A DNA stretch of 64,000 bases. Source: Patescibacteria group bacterium (GTDB lineage: Bacteria > Patescibacteriota > Patescibacteriia > XYB2-FULL-38-15). The notes under the pieces are model-generated. The model ran no database searches. It was not told the DNA's origin and saw only the letters and a list, made by a program, of their open reading frames with translations. Below, piece after piece: positions 46,488 through 56,302 of this stretch. The stretch covers positions 491,302-555,301 of the forward strand of contig JBAZJZ010000001.1 in NCBI GenBank assembly GCA_041650995.1, given 5' to 3'. The position numbers and the translations under genes are program-made. Numbering within the stretch: position 1 is the stretch's first letter; each line of letters begins with the position of its first letter.

Positions 46488-47198
46488 TTATATTTTTATA
46501 CTATCTCCTTTTTTAATATTAATTTCACCAAACATTTCCTCTTGTCGAACAACAATGTGTCTATGCTTTAAAAGTTCCAGTACGGCTAAAAAATGAACAA
46601 TGATTTCTACCTTATCTTTTGCTTTAGAAATTATGGTATGAAATCTAACTTCAAGATTTTTTTGGATTAGATCTCTGATGTGCTGTATTTTCTCTTGGAT
46701 AGAAATAGCGCTTTTAACTACGCCGCGCGGCAAACGAACAATCGGTTCAAGGTCTTCTATAATTTCGCGCATCACTAAGATTAATTTTTCTTTCGTAAGC
46801 CAGGCCGGTGGATTAAATAATATATCCCCCGCTCCAAGCGACGGCCGCTCACGGACAAAAGCAAAATGTTTTTTTAAAATCATTTTATGAATTACAAGCG
46901 ATGCGTCGCGGTATTCTTTATAAATTTTAAGTTGTGCGGCCAAATCTGACCCATCACCTCCTTCAGGTTCGAGCGAAGGAAAAAGAGCTTTTGATTTTAT
47001 CCAAAGAAGTTTTGCAGCCACCACCAAAAAATCTGCCATCTCTGCCGGATTAAGATTATCCATCCGCTCAATATATTCAACAAATTGATCGGCAATATAA
47101 GCGAGAGAAATATCCGTGATATTCATCTCCTCTTTCTCGATCATCTGTAGAAGAAGGTCGAACGGACCTTCAAATTTTTCTATTTTTACCTTATACAT
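46488..47198 (-). CDS. scpA: Segregation and condensation protein A
   Basis: The N-terminus reads FEGPFDLLLQMIEKEE. Confidence 0.8.
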   Translation of the reverse strand: MYKVKIEKFEGPFDLLLQMIEKEEMNITDISLAYIADQFVEYIERMDNLNPAEMADFLVVAAKLLWIKSKALFPSLEPEGGDGSDLAAQLKIYKEYRDASLVIHKMILKKHFAFVRERPSLGAGDILFNPPAWLTKEKLILVMREIIEDLEPIVRLPRGVVKSAISIQEKIQHIRDLIQKNLEVRFHTIISKAKDKVEIIVHFLAVLELLKHRHIVVRQEEMFGEINIKKGDSIKI

Positions 47199-47216
47199 TT
47201 TTTAATAAACTCCTTC

Positions 47217-47684
47217 TTATTTTTTCTTCCCAAAAACTCCCATAATTCCACTTGTTGCTTTAAGAAAATTTTTTGCTGTCATTGCAACTGATTCTTCAAA
47301 TGTTCCCGCTCCTGCAATGATCTGTTTTGCCCTAAGAATAGTTTTATCTATATAAACCGGAACTTTATAAATTTGGCCAAAGGGCGTTACGGCGCCAGGC
47401 TTAATTTTAAATACTTTTTTCATTATTCCTTCTCTGGTAATCTCGATTTTTTTCGCTTTAACTATTTTTTTTAACTTTCCTAGATCTAACTTATGCGAAG
47501 CCGGCAAAACCGCCAAAAGATAAATTTTATCCGCCTTTATCACCAAAGTTTTAGCAATTTCACCAAGCTTCACGCCAAGCGTCTGGGCCGCGTCATAAGC
47601 CGTATAAACAGTTTTGTGTCTAACTATTTTATACTTAATTTTAGCTTTGTCAAGATAACTCAAGAGTTTTTTTGGTATGGCCAT
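47217..47684 (-). CDS. YbaK/ProX-type aminoacyl-tRNA deacylase
   Basis: The size and the Gly-rich motif region (…KPGAVTPFG… …IAGAG…) fit this family. Confidence 0.55.
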   Translation of the reverse strand: MAIPKKLLSYLDKAKIKYKIVRHKTVYTAYDAAQTLGVKLGEIAKTLVIKADKIYLLAVLPASHKLDLGKLKKIVKAKKIEITREGIMKKVFKIKPGAVTPFGQIYKVPVYIDKTILRAKQIIAGAGTFEESVAMTAKNFLKATSGIMGVFGKKK

Positions 47685-47688
47685 ATTT

Positions 47689-49110
47689 TTACTTTTTTTT
47701 ATTTTTTCTTAAACGTGAAATCTGCCAAACCATAACTCCAATCATCGCGGCCGTAAAAATAATCCAAACAACACTAATCGCCGCCGCCATACTTGAATCA
47801 TAAATTGTCCCCGTCCAATAATCAGCTCTATACGCCGACCATCCTAAAAAGAGAAGCGCGCCCAAAGAAACTGTAGTCAAAAGGGCTAAACTCTGAAGAA
47901 TCCAGGCGACAATTTTGACGACCTTATGTTTAGAAAAAAACTGCAGCAAGGCGCAAAGAATAAAAACCAAACCAACGGGCGAGAGCACCCCTATCACAAC
48001 AGAAATACTAAGAATTATTAAGAAAAGTAAAATGCCTGTCAAAACATTTTCCCAATCTGCTTCTGGTACTCCGATTTCATCGTTGTCATCCGCGTCACGA
48101 AAATACAAATCGTAAGTCATTTCTGACGGCTGCATATAACGCGATAATTTTGTCAGATAATATTTTCCCTCTTCTGGCTGGATCCAATAATCACCATTTG
48201 ATTCAACTGCCAATTTTTCGATATCTTTTGATTTGATCCAACTGGCATAATTCGTAGTAAATCCAGGCAAATCTTTTTTATGGTCAGAAAAAACGTAAAG
48301 AAGAATATTCACGCCCGGCTGCCGTGGATAGTAGTAATCCGTAACCGGATAAGCTTCAACTGTGGCAGTATTCGCACCGACCGCAACACCCGCGCTCGCA
48401 CTTCCGGCCTCGCCACTTTCCATCATGAGCGGAGTTGGTTCGGGATTAGGATATTTAAAATATTCAGCAATGCCGGAAATTTTTAAAGGAAAAACAATTT
48501 TTGAAGAAGCAAAAATAAACTTAAGCGGCACGGCATGGCCCTGTCTCAATTGCGCTTCAACTCCCCCGCTTATTGATTCAGTATCAAGTTTAATCGCGGT
48601 AAAATACCATTTATTATTAATGTAATCATCAAACAAATATTTCCCCTCTTCTGGAAATTGGTAATTATTATCTTTAAGCCATTTTGTTAAGGCCTCGGGA
48701 TCATCAGCTTCAAGAACAGTGATGTCATAATACTCCACCTTTTTTGTTTCAAGAACCACTACGCCACCTTCAGCTGTTGCCGCGTCCCGCGCCGCGCCAC
48801 TATACATCGGCGTAACCCGATAACTATATTCTGGAGCCGTTAATTTGTCCAAGGCGGTAAAAAGTTCATCAGTAGATTTAGAAACTTCGGGACGGGAAGG
48901 CGTGGGAACAATCCAGCTAAAATTTTCCGCGTCTCCTCGGAAAGTTACGGAAAGAATCATTGTTTCCGTGTTTTCATTGTGAAAAATCACGGCTTTTTGA
49001 TCTGTTTCTTGAATCCAATAATCTGGCGGCGGAAAAATAGCGCCGTCGGCGGAGACAGCTGTCGGCATTACAAGAAGGATGAGGCTGATCGCGAGAATGA
49101 TTTTTTTCAT
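47689..49110 (-). CDS. Hypothetical secreted/membrane protein (signal peptide; C-terminal triple TM)
   Basis: It has an N-terminal signal sequence, a large extracytoplasmic domain and three C-terminal TM helices. Confidence 0.5.
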   Translation of the reverse strand: MKKIILAISLILLVMPTAVSADGAIFPPPDYWIQETDQKAVIFHNENTETMILSVTFRGDAENFSWIVPTPSRPEVSKSTDELFTALDKLTAPEYSYRVTPMYSGAARDAATAEGGVVVLETKKVEYYDITVLEADDPEALTKWLKDNNYQFPEEGKYLFDDYINNKWYFTAIKLDTESISGGVEAQLRQGHAVPLKFIFASSKIVFPLKISGIAEYFKYPNPEPTPLMMESGEAGSASAGVAVGANTATVEAYPVTDYYYPRQPGVNILLYVFSDHKKDLPGFTTNYASWIKSKDIEKLAVESNGDYWIQPEEGKYYLTKLSRYMQPSEMTYDLYFRDADDNDEIGVPEADWENVLTGILLFLIILSISVVIGVLSPVGLVFILCALLQFFSKHKVVKIVAWILQSLALLTTVSLGALLFLGWSAYRADYWTGTIYDSSMAAAISVVWIIFTAAMIGVMVWQISRLRKNKKK

Positions 49111-49137
49111 AAATTAATAAAATAAAATCGTTAATTA

Positions 49138-51501
49138 TTATTTACTAAGGATTAATTGTTTTCCCATTGCCGCCCTTAACACATCATCCACGTCTTTGGC
49201 AAAAATAAATTTTAAATCTTTTCTAACATTATTTGGAAGCTCTTCCAAATCTTTTTCATTATCTTTTGGCAAAACTATCGTTTTGATGTCAGCCCGATGC
49301 GCAGCCAAAACTTTTTCCTTAACGCCGCCGATTTCCATAGCTCTGCCGCGGAGAGTCACTTCGCCGGTCATGCCAACATCTTTTTTAATAGGTCTTCCGG
49401 TCAGAACTGAAATAATTGCCGTAGCCATAGCCACGCCGGCCGAGGGACCGTCTTTCGGAATAGCCCCTGCAGGAACATGGATATGGATATCCGAATCTTT
49501 ATAAAATTTATCTTTGATCCCGAAAACCTTAGCGCGTGAGCGAGCATAAGAATAAGCCGCTTGGGCCGACTCCTGCATCACTTTGCCCAATTGGCCGGTC
49601 AAAATTAACTGCCCCTTGCCCGGCATTTTAGTCGCTTCAATCAAAAGTATTTCTCCGCCAGCCTGTGTCCAGGCAAGCCCGGTTGCCACGCCAACTTCAT
49701 CCTTTTTCTCGGCCATAGTCGTGTGATATTTGGCTGGCCCCAAGAATTGATGGAGATCGGAAATACCGACCTTATAATTTTTATGATCACCCTCGGCAAT
49801 TTTTCGCGCCACCTTTCGGCAAACGGCGGCAATATTTCTTTCAAGTTCACGAACGCCAGCTTCCCGCGTATATTCTCTGATAATCGTCTTTAAAGCTGGT
49901 TCGGTAATTATCAATCTGCTACCGTTCTCGAGCCCATTTTCTTTTAATTGTTTTGGGAGTAAAAATTTTTCCGCGATATGAAATTTTTCTTCCTCAATAT
50001 ATCCAGGAAATTCAATCATCTCCATGCGGTCGCGGAGCGCCGGCGGGATTGTGTCTAAAATATTAGCCGTGGTAATAAACATCACATCCGATAAATCAAA
50101 GGGAACTTCAAGATAATGATCAGAAAAAGAATAATTTTGTTCCGGATCAAGCGCTTCTAATAATGCCGCTGATGGATCGCCGCGAAAGTCCGCGCCAACT
50201 TTATCAATTTCATCAAGCATAAAAACCGGATTTTTTGTACCAGCCGTATTTATCCCCTGGATAATCCTTCCGGGCAGAGCGCCAACATAAGTTCGGCGAT
50301 GGCCGCGAATTTCAGCTTCATCGCGAATACCGCCGAGCGACATTCTAAAAAATTTTCTGCCAAGAGCTTTGGCGATAGCTTTACCGATTGAAGTTTTGCC
50401 TGTCCCCGGCGGACCGGAAAAACAAAGAATCGGGCCTTTTATTTTTCCCACTAATTTTTGCACTGCTAAATACTCAAGCACTCTTTCTTTAACTTTGTCT
50501 AAACCATAATGGTCGTCATCCAAAATATTTTTAGCTTTTTTAATATCAACTTTACTTTCGGTTTTTCTTGACCACGGTAACATAGCCAACCAATCCAAAT
50601 AAGTTCTGATGTAAGAAATTTCCGGACTAAAGGAAGGCATTTTTTCAAGACGAGCCAACTCTTTTAAGGCTTGCTCTTTTGCCTCGGAAGGCATTCCCGC
50701 CTTTTCTATTTTTGCTTTTAACTCCTCAACTTCTGTTCGGCCGCCGGCCATCCCCAATTCCTTTTCAATCGTTTTCATCTGTTCACGCAAAAACATTTCT
50801 TTTTCCATTTTTCCCAATTCCTTTCCGGTTTCCGCCTGAATTTTTTGGGCCATGCGCAAAACTTTCAATTGCCGACCGATAGATTCCCCTAATTTTCCTA
50901 ACTTCCCCTCAATGTTATCGGCCTCAAGAATTTCCTGCTTCTCTTCCACTTTAAAATCCAAATTTATGGTCATCAAATCCGCTAACTCCCAAGGATCGGT
51001 AATATTTAAAATTACTAAAAGTACATCAAACGGAACTGTCGCGCCGAGAGAAATACATTCCTTAAATTGATTAATCAGGCTATACATCAAGGCTTCAATC
51101 CGTTCGGTTTTTTTAACCATTGGTTCCGGCGCCGGTTCAACTTTAACTCTAACAAACGGATCAAATGATAAAAATTCCGTAATTTTTGCACGCATCATTC
51201 CTTCAACCACGATTCGGACAGAACCATCGGGCTGTTTTGTAATTTCCCTTATTTTAGCAAGCGTGCCGATGGAATAAAGATCGTCTTGGGTGATTTTGTC
51301 TCCCACGTCTCTTTTTTCCGCGACACAAACCGCTATTTGATCATGCTGCATGGCGTAGTCCAACGCCTTCATGGTCTTTTCCTTTTTAACTATCAAGGTC
51401 AATGCAACTCTCGGAAAAACAACAACGTCAACCAGCGGGATGACTGCTAATTCCTTTTTTGCCTTACTATCCATCGTGCCTGAAAATTTTTCTGCCTCCA
51501 T
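49138..51501 (-). CDS. lon: ATP-dependent Lon protease
   Basis: The AAA+ Walker A motif (GPPGTGKTS) is present. The S16 protease active-site region reads DGPSAGVAMA. Confidence 0.95.
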   Translation of the reverse strand: MEAEKFSGTMDSKAKKELAVIPLVDVVVFPRVALTLIVKKEKTMKALDYAMQHDQIAVCVAEKRDVGDKITQDDLYSIGTLAKIREITKQPDGSVRIVVEGMMRAKITEFLSFDPFVRVKVEPAPEPMVKKTERIEALMYSLINQFKECISLGATVPFDVLLVILNITDPWELADLMTINLDFKVEEKQEILEADNIEGKLGKLGESIGRQLKVLRMAQKIQAETGKELGKMEKEMFLREQMKTIEKELGMAGGRTEVEELKAKIEKAGMPSEAKEQALKELARLEKMPSFSPEISYIRTYLDWLAMLPWSRKTESKVDIKKAKNILDDDHYGLDKVKERVLEYLAVQKLVGKIKGPILCFSGPPGTGKTSIGKAIAKALGRKFFRMSLGGIRDEAEIRGHRRTYVGALPGRIIQGINTAGTKNPVFMLDEIDKVGADFRGDPSAALLEALDPEQNYSFSDHYLEVPFDLSDVMFITTANILDTIPPALRDRMEMIEFPGYIEEEKFHIAEKFLLPKQLKENGLENGSRLIITEPALKTIIREYTREAGVRELERNIAAVCRKVARKIAEGDHKNYKVGISDLHQFLGPAKYHTTMAEKKDEVGVATGLAWTQAGGEILLIEATKMPGKGQLILTGQLGKVMQESAQAAYSYARSRAKVFGIKDKFYKDSDIHIHVPAGAIPKDGPSAGVAMATAIISVLTGRPIKKDVGMTGEVTLRGRAMEIGGVKEKVLAAHRADIKTIVLPKDNEKDLEELPNNVRKDLKFIFAKDVDDVLRAAMGKQLILSK

Positions 51502-51536
51502 AGTATAAATATTCTTTAATATTTAATACGAAATTT

Positions 51537-51920
51537 TTATTTAAATGGTAACACCGCTTGTTTACCCCGCAGACTTCTCGCCGCCTTTCTTCCGGCCGCT
51601 GTTAATTTTATTTCTTTAATAAACCACTTTTTAGGCGTCCGGACTCCGTAGCCAATAAGAAAACCCTTGTCAATTAATCTTTCCAGGGATTTTGTGACAA
51701 TATTTACTCTATCATCCAGCTTGGGCGGCCGTTTTTGTTTGTCGTAAAACCTTAAAATTTTTCCACGGCCAAATTTGTCTTTTTCCGCGTAACCCAAGCC
51801 CAAAACATACCTTTGGAGATGGGATATTTTCATATATTTATGATAGCAAAAAAATGGCTTAATGTAAAATAAAAAAACGGCCATTTTGGCTGCTGATTTT
51901 ACGCTTAACTTACTATTCAA
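51537..51920 (-). CDS. Hypothetical small basic protein; the true start is probably the internal MKISHLQRYV...
   Basis: It is an ORF with no recognised motif. Confidence 0.35.
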   Translation of the reverse strand: MNSKLSVKSAAKMAVFLFYIKPFFCYHKYMKISHLQRYVLGLGYAEKDKFGRGKILRFYDKQKRPPKLDDRVNIVTKSLERLIDKGFLIGYGVRTPKKWFIKEIKLTAAGRKAARSLRGKQAVLPFK

Positions 51921-52341
51921 TTTTACTTAAATCTCCCTCTAAAACAATCGGCTGCATGGCGATGATTTCATCTTTATAGCCCATTTCTGGAATTGGATTT
52001 AAAAGAAAAATTTCTTTATTCAAAACATGAGCAAAACCCATTTCAAGTAATGAATTTCCGCCAATATAATTTGGAATACCATGACGTTCATTATTCAAAA
52101 CCAAAATTGCATCACCACCCTTTATTTCATCAAAATAATAACGGATAAGCCCATGCTTTATTTTGTTGGCAGCTGATTCGCGATGCACTATTTCAGATGT
52201 CCCCATATCAGCATAATCGTATGTAAATTTTGGCAGGATAACTTCGTGACCATACTTCCGTAATTCTTTTTCCGCCGCCACCATTTCCTTGGCGAAAGTC
52301 ATACTGCCGCAAATAACGATTTTCATATTATTTTTCCACAA
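51913..52341 (-). CDS. Nucleoside 2-deoxyribosyltransferase-like protein
   Basis: The N-terminus reads MKIVICGSM, and the flavodoxin-like size and pattern fit. The call is tentative. Confidence 0.35.
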   Translation of the reverse strand: MWKNNMKIVICGSMTFAKEMVAAEKELRKYGHEVILPKFTYDYADMGTSEIVHRESAANKIKHGLIRYYFDEIKGGDAILVLNNERHGIPNYIGGNSLLEMGFAHVLNKEIFLLNPIPEMGYKDEIIAMQPIVLEGDLSKIE

Positions 52342-53719
52342 TTTTAATGTGCGCTTCTTTCAATTGCTGCTCCGGCAAATCCGACGGGGCCCCCATCATT
52401 AAATCGCGGGCATCGGAAGTTTTTGGGAAAGCCATCACTTCACGAATATTTGGTTCGCCGGCAAAAATCATCGCCAACCGATCAAGCCCCGGAGCAATAC
52501 CGCCATGTGGCGGCGCGCCATAAGTAAAGGCTTCAAAGATATGGCCAAAACGCGCTTCGGCGTCATCTTTACCAACGCCAAGCAATCGGAAAATTTTTGA
52601 CTGCAACGTTCGGTCATGAATTCTGATACTTCCTCCTCCAACTTCATAACCATTTAAAACCAAATCATAAGCATAAGCGCGAACATCAAGCGGATGTTCC
52701 TCTAAATCATCCATATCTTCCTTGTGCGGCATAGTAAATGGATGGTGGGAAGAAACCAATTTTTTTTCCGACTCAGACCATTCAAAAAGTGGAAAATCAA
52801 TCACCCAACAAAAAGCTAATTCATTAGAATTTTTTTTATCTTCACGCAAATCCGGCTTGTCGGTTTTATATTTTTTCATTGCCTCGTCATAAGTCAAAAC
52901 TGGAAAAGGCATCTTTTTAATTTTTTTATCCGGCACCACGGTTTTTGCCAAATGGATCATCAATTCTTCGGTTAATTTCATCACGTCCTCCTGTTCCGCA
53001 AAAGACATTTCCATATCAAGCTGAGTAAATTCCGGCTGGCGGTCGCCGCGCTGATCTTCATCGCGAAAACATCTGGCAATTTGAAAATATTTTTCAAAAC
53101 CAGCGACCATCAATAACTGTTTAAATTGCTGTGGTGATTGTGGCAGAACATAAAATTTTCCGGCATGTAAGCGCGCCGGCACAATATATTCACGCGCGCC
53201 CTCTGGCGTGCCTTTGGTAATGTAGGGCGTTTCTATTTCTGCGAAATTACGCTCGTGCAAAAATTTTCTTATTTCATCAAGCATTTTGCTCCGCAATAAA
53301 ATATTTGTTTTCATCCGCTCGCTTCGTAAATCAAGATATCTATATTTCATACGTAATTCTTCGCTGACGGGTGTTGTATCTTTATCAATTTCAAAAGGCA
53401 GCGTTTTTGATTCATTTAAAATCTCCAAATTTTTTGCTTCAAGTTCTACTGTGCCAGTTAACATTTTTGGGTTGATCATTTTCTCCGGACGTTTATTCAC
53501 TTTCCCGGTAATGGCTACAACAAATTCTGACCGCAACTTGTCGGCTAACGTCATAAATTCTTTATCTTTGGAAGCAAAAACTATCTGAATTAAACCACTC
53601 GTATCACGAAGATCAATAAAAATAATTTTGCCCATATCTCGCCGGACATGAACCCAACCCTTAAGAATAACTTCTTCGCCAATTTTTGAAACTGTGTCTT
53701 TTATAAGCGTGCGAGTCAT
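52328..53719 (-). CDS. aspS: Aspartyl-tRNA synthetase, short form lacking the GAD insertion domain
   Basis: An N-terminal OB fold is followed by a class IIb core carrying GGGSIRIH and FPKT...DLMMGAPS motifs. Length is 463 aa. Confidence 0.75.
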   Translation of the reverse strand: MTRTLIKDTVSKIGEEVILKGWVHVRRDMGKIIFIDLRDTSGLIQIVFASKDKEFMTLADKLRSEFVVAITGKVNKRPEKMINPKMLTGTVELEAKNLEILNESKTLPFEIDKDTTPVSEELRMKYRYLDLRSERMKTNILLRSKMLDEIRKFLHERNFAEIETPYITKGTPEGAREYIVPARLHAGKFYVLPQSPQQFKQLLMVAGFEKYFQIARCFRDEDQRGDRQPEFTQLDMEMSFAEQEDVMKLTEELMIHLAKTVVPDKKIKKMPFPVLTYDEAMKKYKTDKPDLREDKKNSNELAFCWVIDFPLFEWSESEKKLVSSHHPFTMPHKEDMDDLEEHPLDVRAYAYDLVLNGYEVGGGSIRIHDRTLQSKIFRLLGVGKDDAEARFGHIFEAFTYGAPPHGGIAPGLDRLAMIFAGEPNIREVMAFPKTSDARDLMMGAPSDLPEQQLKEAHIKIVEK

Positions 53720-53728
53720 AAATAATTT

Positions 53729-55021
53729 TTATGGTCTTAATCTATTAATCATTCTTGGAAAAGGGATCGTTTCGCGAACATGATGAATGCCGCACATCCA
53801 GCCGGTGATGCGCTCCAACCCGTAACCAAAGCCTGAGTGAGGAACCGAGCCGTATTTTCTTAAATCTAAATACCATTGAAAATCTTCAAGCAGCATTTTT
53901 TCTTCTTTCATTCGCGCAAGCAATAAATCATAATTGTCTTCACGCTCCGAGCCACCGATGATTTCTCCGTGGCCTTCCGGCGCGATTAAATCTGAACCCA
54001 AAACCAGTTCGGGATTTTTTGGATCGCGTTTCATATAAAAAGCTTTAATTTGCCGTGGCCACTTTTCCACAAAAATCGGTACGTCGGAATCTTGAGTCAG
54101 CAAAGTTTCATCGTCAGCACCCAAATCTTCGCCATCTTTAATATCAGACCCTAACGCTTGAACTTTTTTAACCGCTTCATGATAAGTCATTCGCCCAAAG
54201 GGAGCTTGAACTTTTTCTAATTTGGAAATATCTCGTTCCAAAATTTCCAATTCTTTTCTATTTTTTTCTAAAACTTTTTTCACGATATGGCAGATCAATT
54301 CTTCCTGAATTTTCATATTGCCCTCGTGATTAACAAAAGCCGCCTCGGCGTCCATCATCCAAAATTCCGTTAAGTGTCGGCGAGTTTTTGATTTTTCCGC
54401 CCGGAAAGTCGGGCCAAAGTCAAAGCATCGGCCAAAACTCATTGCCGCGGCTTCAAGATAAAGTTGACCTGACTGCGCAAGATAAGCTTTTCCTAAATCA
54501 AAATACGGAACTTCAAAAAGGGTCGTTGTTCCCTCGCAGGCGGTCGGGGTCAAAATCGGCGTGTCAATTTTTATAAAACCATTCTGATTAAAATATTCAT
54601 AAGTCGCGTTGATGACAGTATTTCTAACGCGAAGCGCCGCCCATTGTTTTGATGAGCGAAGCCAGAGGTGTCTTTGATCTAACAAAAAATCCGGGCCATG
54701 TTCTTTTTTTCCAATCGGGTACTCTTCAGCAATTTGAAGTATTTTTAAATTTTTAACTTGAAGTTCATACTCTTCTTTTTTGGGATGTTTACTGACAGTT
54801 CCGGAAATTTCTATCGAACTTTCTATAGTTATTTTTTCGCAAGCTTCCCAGATTTCTGGAGCTACTTCTTTTTTAGAAACAATCGCCTGGACAAAGCCTG
54901 AACCGTCACGAACTTGTAAAAAGAAAATGCTACCCGAGGAACGAAAATTAAAAATCCAGCCGCGAATCGCGACTTCCTGGCCTAAATATTGGCTAATATC
55001 TTTCAATAAAATCGTCTGCAT
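53729..55021 (-). CDS. asnS: Asparaginyl-tRNA synthetase
   Basis: It is a class IIb enzyme. The motif region reads GEIIGGSERE, and the C-terminus reads …PHSGFGYGLERI…IPFPR. Confidence 0.7.
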   Translation of the reverse strand: MQTILLKDISQYLGQEVAIRGWIFNFRSSGSIFFLQVRDGSGFVQAIVSKKEVAPEIWEACEKITIESSIEISGTVSKHPKKEEYELQVKNLKILQIAEEYPIGKKEHGPDFLLDQRHLWLRSSKQWAALRVRNTVINATYEYFNQNGFIKIDTPILTPTACEGTTTLFEVPYFDLGKAYLAQSGQLYLEAAAMSFGRCFDFGPTFRAEKSKTRRHLTEFWMMDAEAAFVNHEGNMKIQEELICHIVKKVLEKNRKELEILERDISKLEKVQAPFGRMTYHEAVKKVQALGSDIKDGEDLGADDETLLTQDSDVPIFVEKWPRQIKAFYMKRDPKNPELVLGSDLIAPEGHGEIIGGSEREDNYDLLLARMKEEKMLLEDFQWYLDLRKYGSVPHSGFGYGLERITGWMCGIHHVRETIPFPRMINRLRP

Positions 55022-55104
55022 ATAATTGTTTAATTATAGATTATTTACCCAACAAAATCAAGATAAAAAGACCGACCAGTCGCTGCTGATCGGCGTACAT
55101 ACTC

Positions 55105-55419
55105 TCACTCCCTTCCTTCCGCGACTCGACCATCTTCGCCGCGGTCATTCTGCGCCTTGATGACTGCGAGTTCTTGTTTGAACTCACGCCACCATCGATT
55201 GAACTTGAAACTCGCCTTTGCAACTAAGATAAACCAAACGCCGAGGAAAGTGAGAGGCAGCGCGATGCTTAAGAATACCCACCCGCTCATTCCTCCGGCG
55301 ATGTAATCCCAGTTCACGATGCCGATACACACCCAGACGAGCGCGGCCAGAAAGATTGCTAACCATGACGGAAAAGTCGCGCCGATGTTTAGTTCGGCGT
55401 TCTCTTTCTCGTTTTCCAT
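55105..55419 (-). CDS. Small two-TM protein with a charged C-terminal tail (104 aa) in a GC-rich insert
   Basis: The translation is MENEKENAELNIGATFPSWLAIFLAALVWVCIGIV...WFILVAKASFKFNRWWREFKQELAVIKAQNDRGEDG. Confidence 0.45.
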   Translation of the reverse strand: MENEKENAELNIGATFPSWLAIFLAALVWVCIGIVNWDYIAGGMSGWVFLSIALPLTFLGVWFILVAKASFKFNRWWREFKQELAVIKAQNDRGEDGRVAEGRE

Positions 55420-55531
55420 CTCGCCCTCCTTCTGCCTCAACTTTATCATAAAACCAAAAAACGTCAATTTATTTTATAAAAAAGCCGATCCAGAATATTT
55501 TTCTGAATCGGCGAGAACGTTGGAACTGCTC

Positions 55532-56212
55532 CTATCTGTCAAGGAACAGCCGGCGGCGACAGGAAGGCACACCGCGGTCTTCTCTCCGACTATCCAACTG
55601 GCTAAAGTTCTGTGTCGGACCGCCAGAACTAAGCCAAAGTTCTGGCACGCATTGCCGGCGAATGCCGTTTCCTGACCACGGTTCACTCTGGTAGTCCGCA
55701 TCAATCAACGCGAAGGCGTGATGAATGAGCGATTCCGGTGAGTGGAGAGCGAGAGCGATCGCTTCTTCCATAATGAGGCCGTGCCGGCAAGCGCGTTTGA
55801 TCTCGCCCGTAACTTCGCCCGTAGTCCGGCCCACATTCCCAGCGCCGTCGTCCACGTCGCAAATGAGATGGGGCGATTTCGACTCACCGATTCCCTCGGG
55901 ATTCCACAATTTGTCACACTCGAGACTCGAATAACCGTGCTTCTTTGCCACGACGAGCAGTTCCATTTGCTTCGCGACAGAAAGCATGGCGTGAGGAATC
56001 ACGACAAGAAACGGGGTACGCTCGGGAATCGTCTCGCCGACCGCATGAAGAAGGCCCGTGGGCGAATCGGCGAGCATGGAAAGATAGAGTCGAAGATCTC
56101 TCTCTGCCCACCCGAGCGCCGTATGCCAACCACCTGCGACGAGTCGCTCCACCTGCCGATCAAACACCTGCCGAAGCAGAGTTCCTTCATCCGGACAACT
56201 CATCGGAAGCAT
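55532..56212 (-). CDS. Hypothetical protein (226 aa) in a GC-rich insert
   Basis: It is the most protein-like of several overlapping frames in this GC-rich stretch. No recognised motif was found. Confidence 0.35.
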   Translation of the reverse strand: MLPMSCPDEGTLLRQVFDRQVERLVAGGWHTALGWAERDLRLYLSMLADSPTGLLHAVGETIPERTPFLVVIPHAMLSVAKQMELLVVAKKHGYSSLECDKLWNPEGIGESKSPHLICDVDDGAGNVGRTTGEVTGEIKRACRHGLIMEEAIALALHSPESLIHHAFALIDADYQSEPWSGNGIRRQCVPELWLSSGGPTQNFSQLDSRREDRGVPSCRRRLFLDR

Positions 56213-56224
56213 TTACTCCTTCCT

Positions 56225-56265
56225 CCCAATTCCTTGGGTACAAAAAAACGGCGGAGGATTCCTCC
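56225..56265 (-). terminator. Rho-independent terminator (GGCGGCGGAGGAGG-AATC-CTCCGCCG + TTTTTTTG on the minus strand) after recO
   Basis: A perfect GC-rich hairpin is followed by a T7 run on the minus strand. Confidence 0.7.
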
Positions 56266-56302
56266 TCCGCCGCCCCCTTTCAACGTTCTGAAATTGAGTT
56301 TA

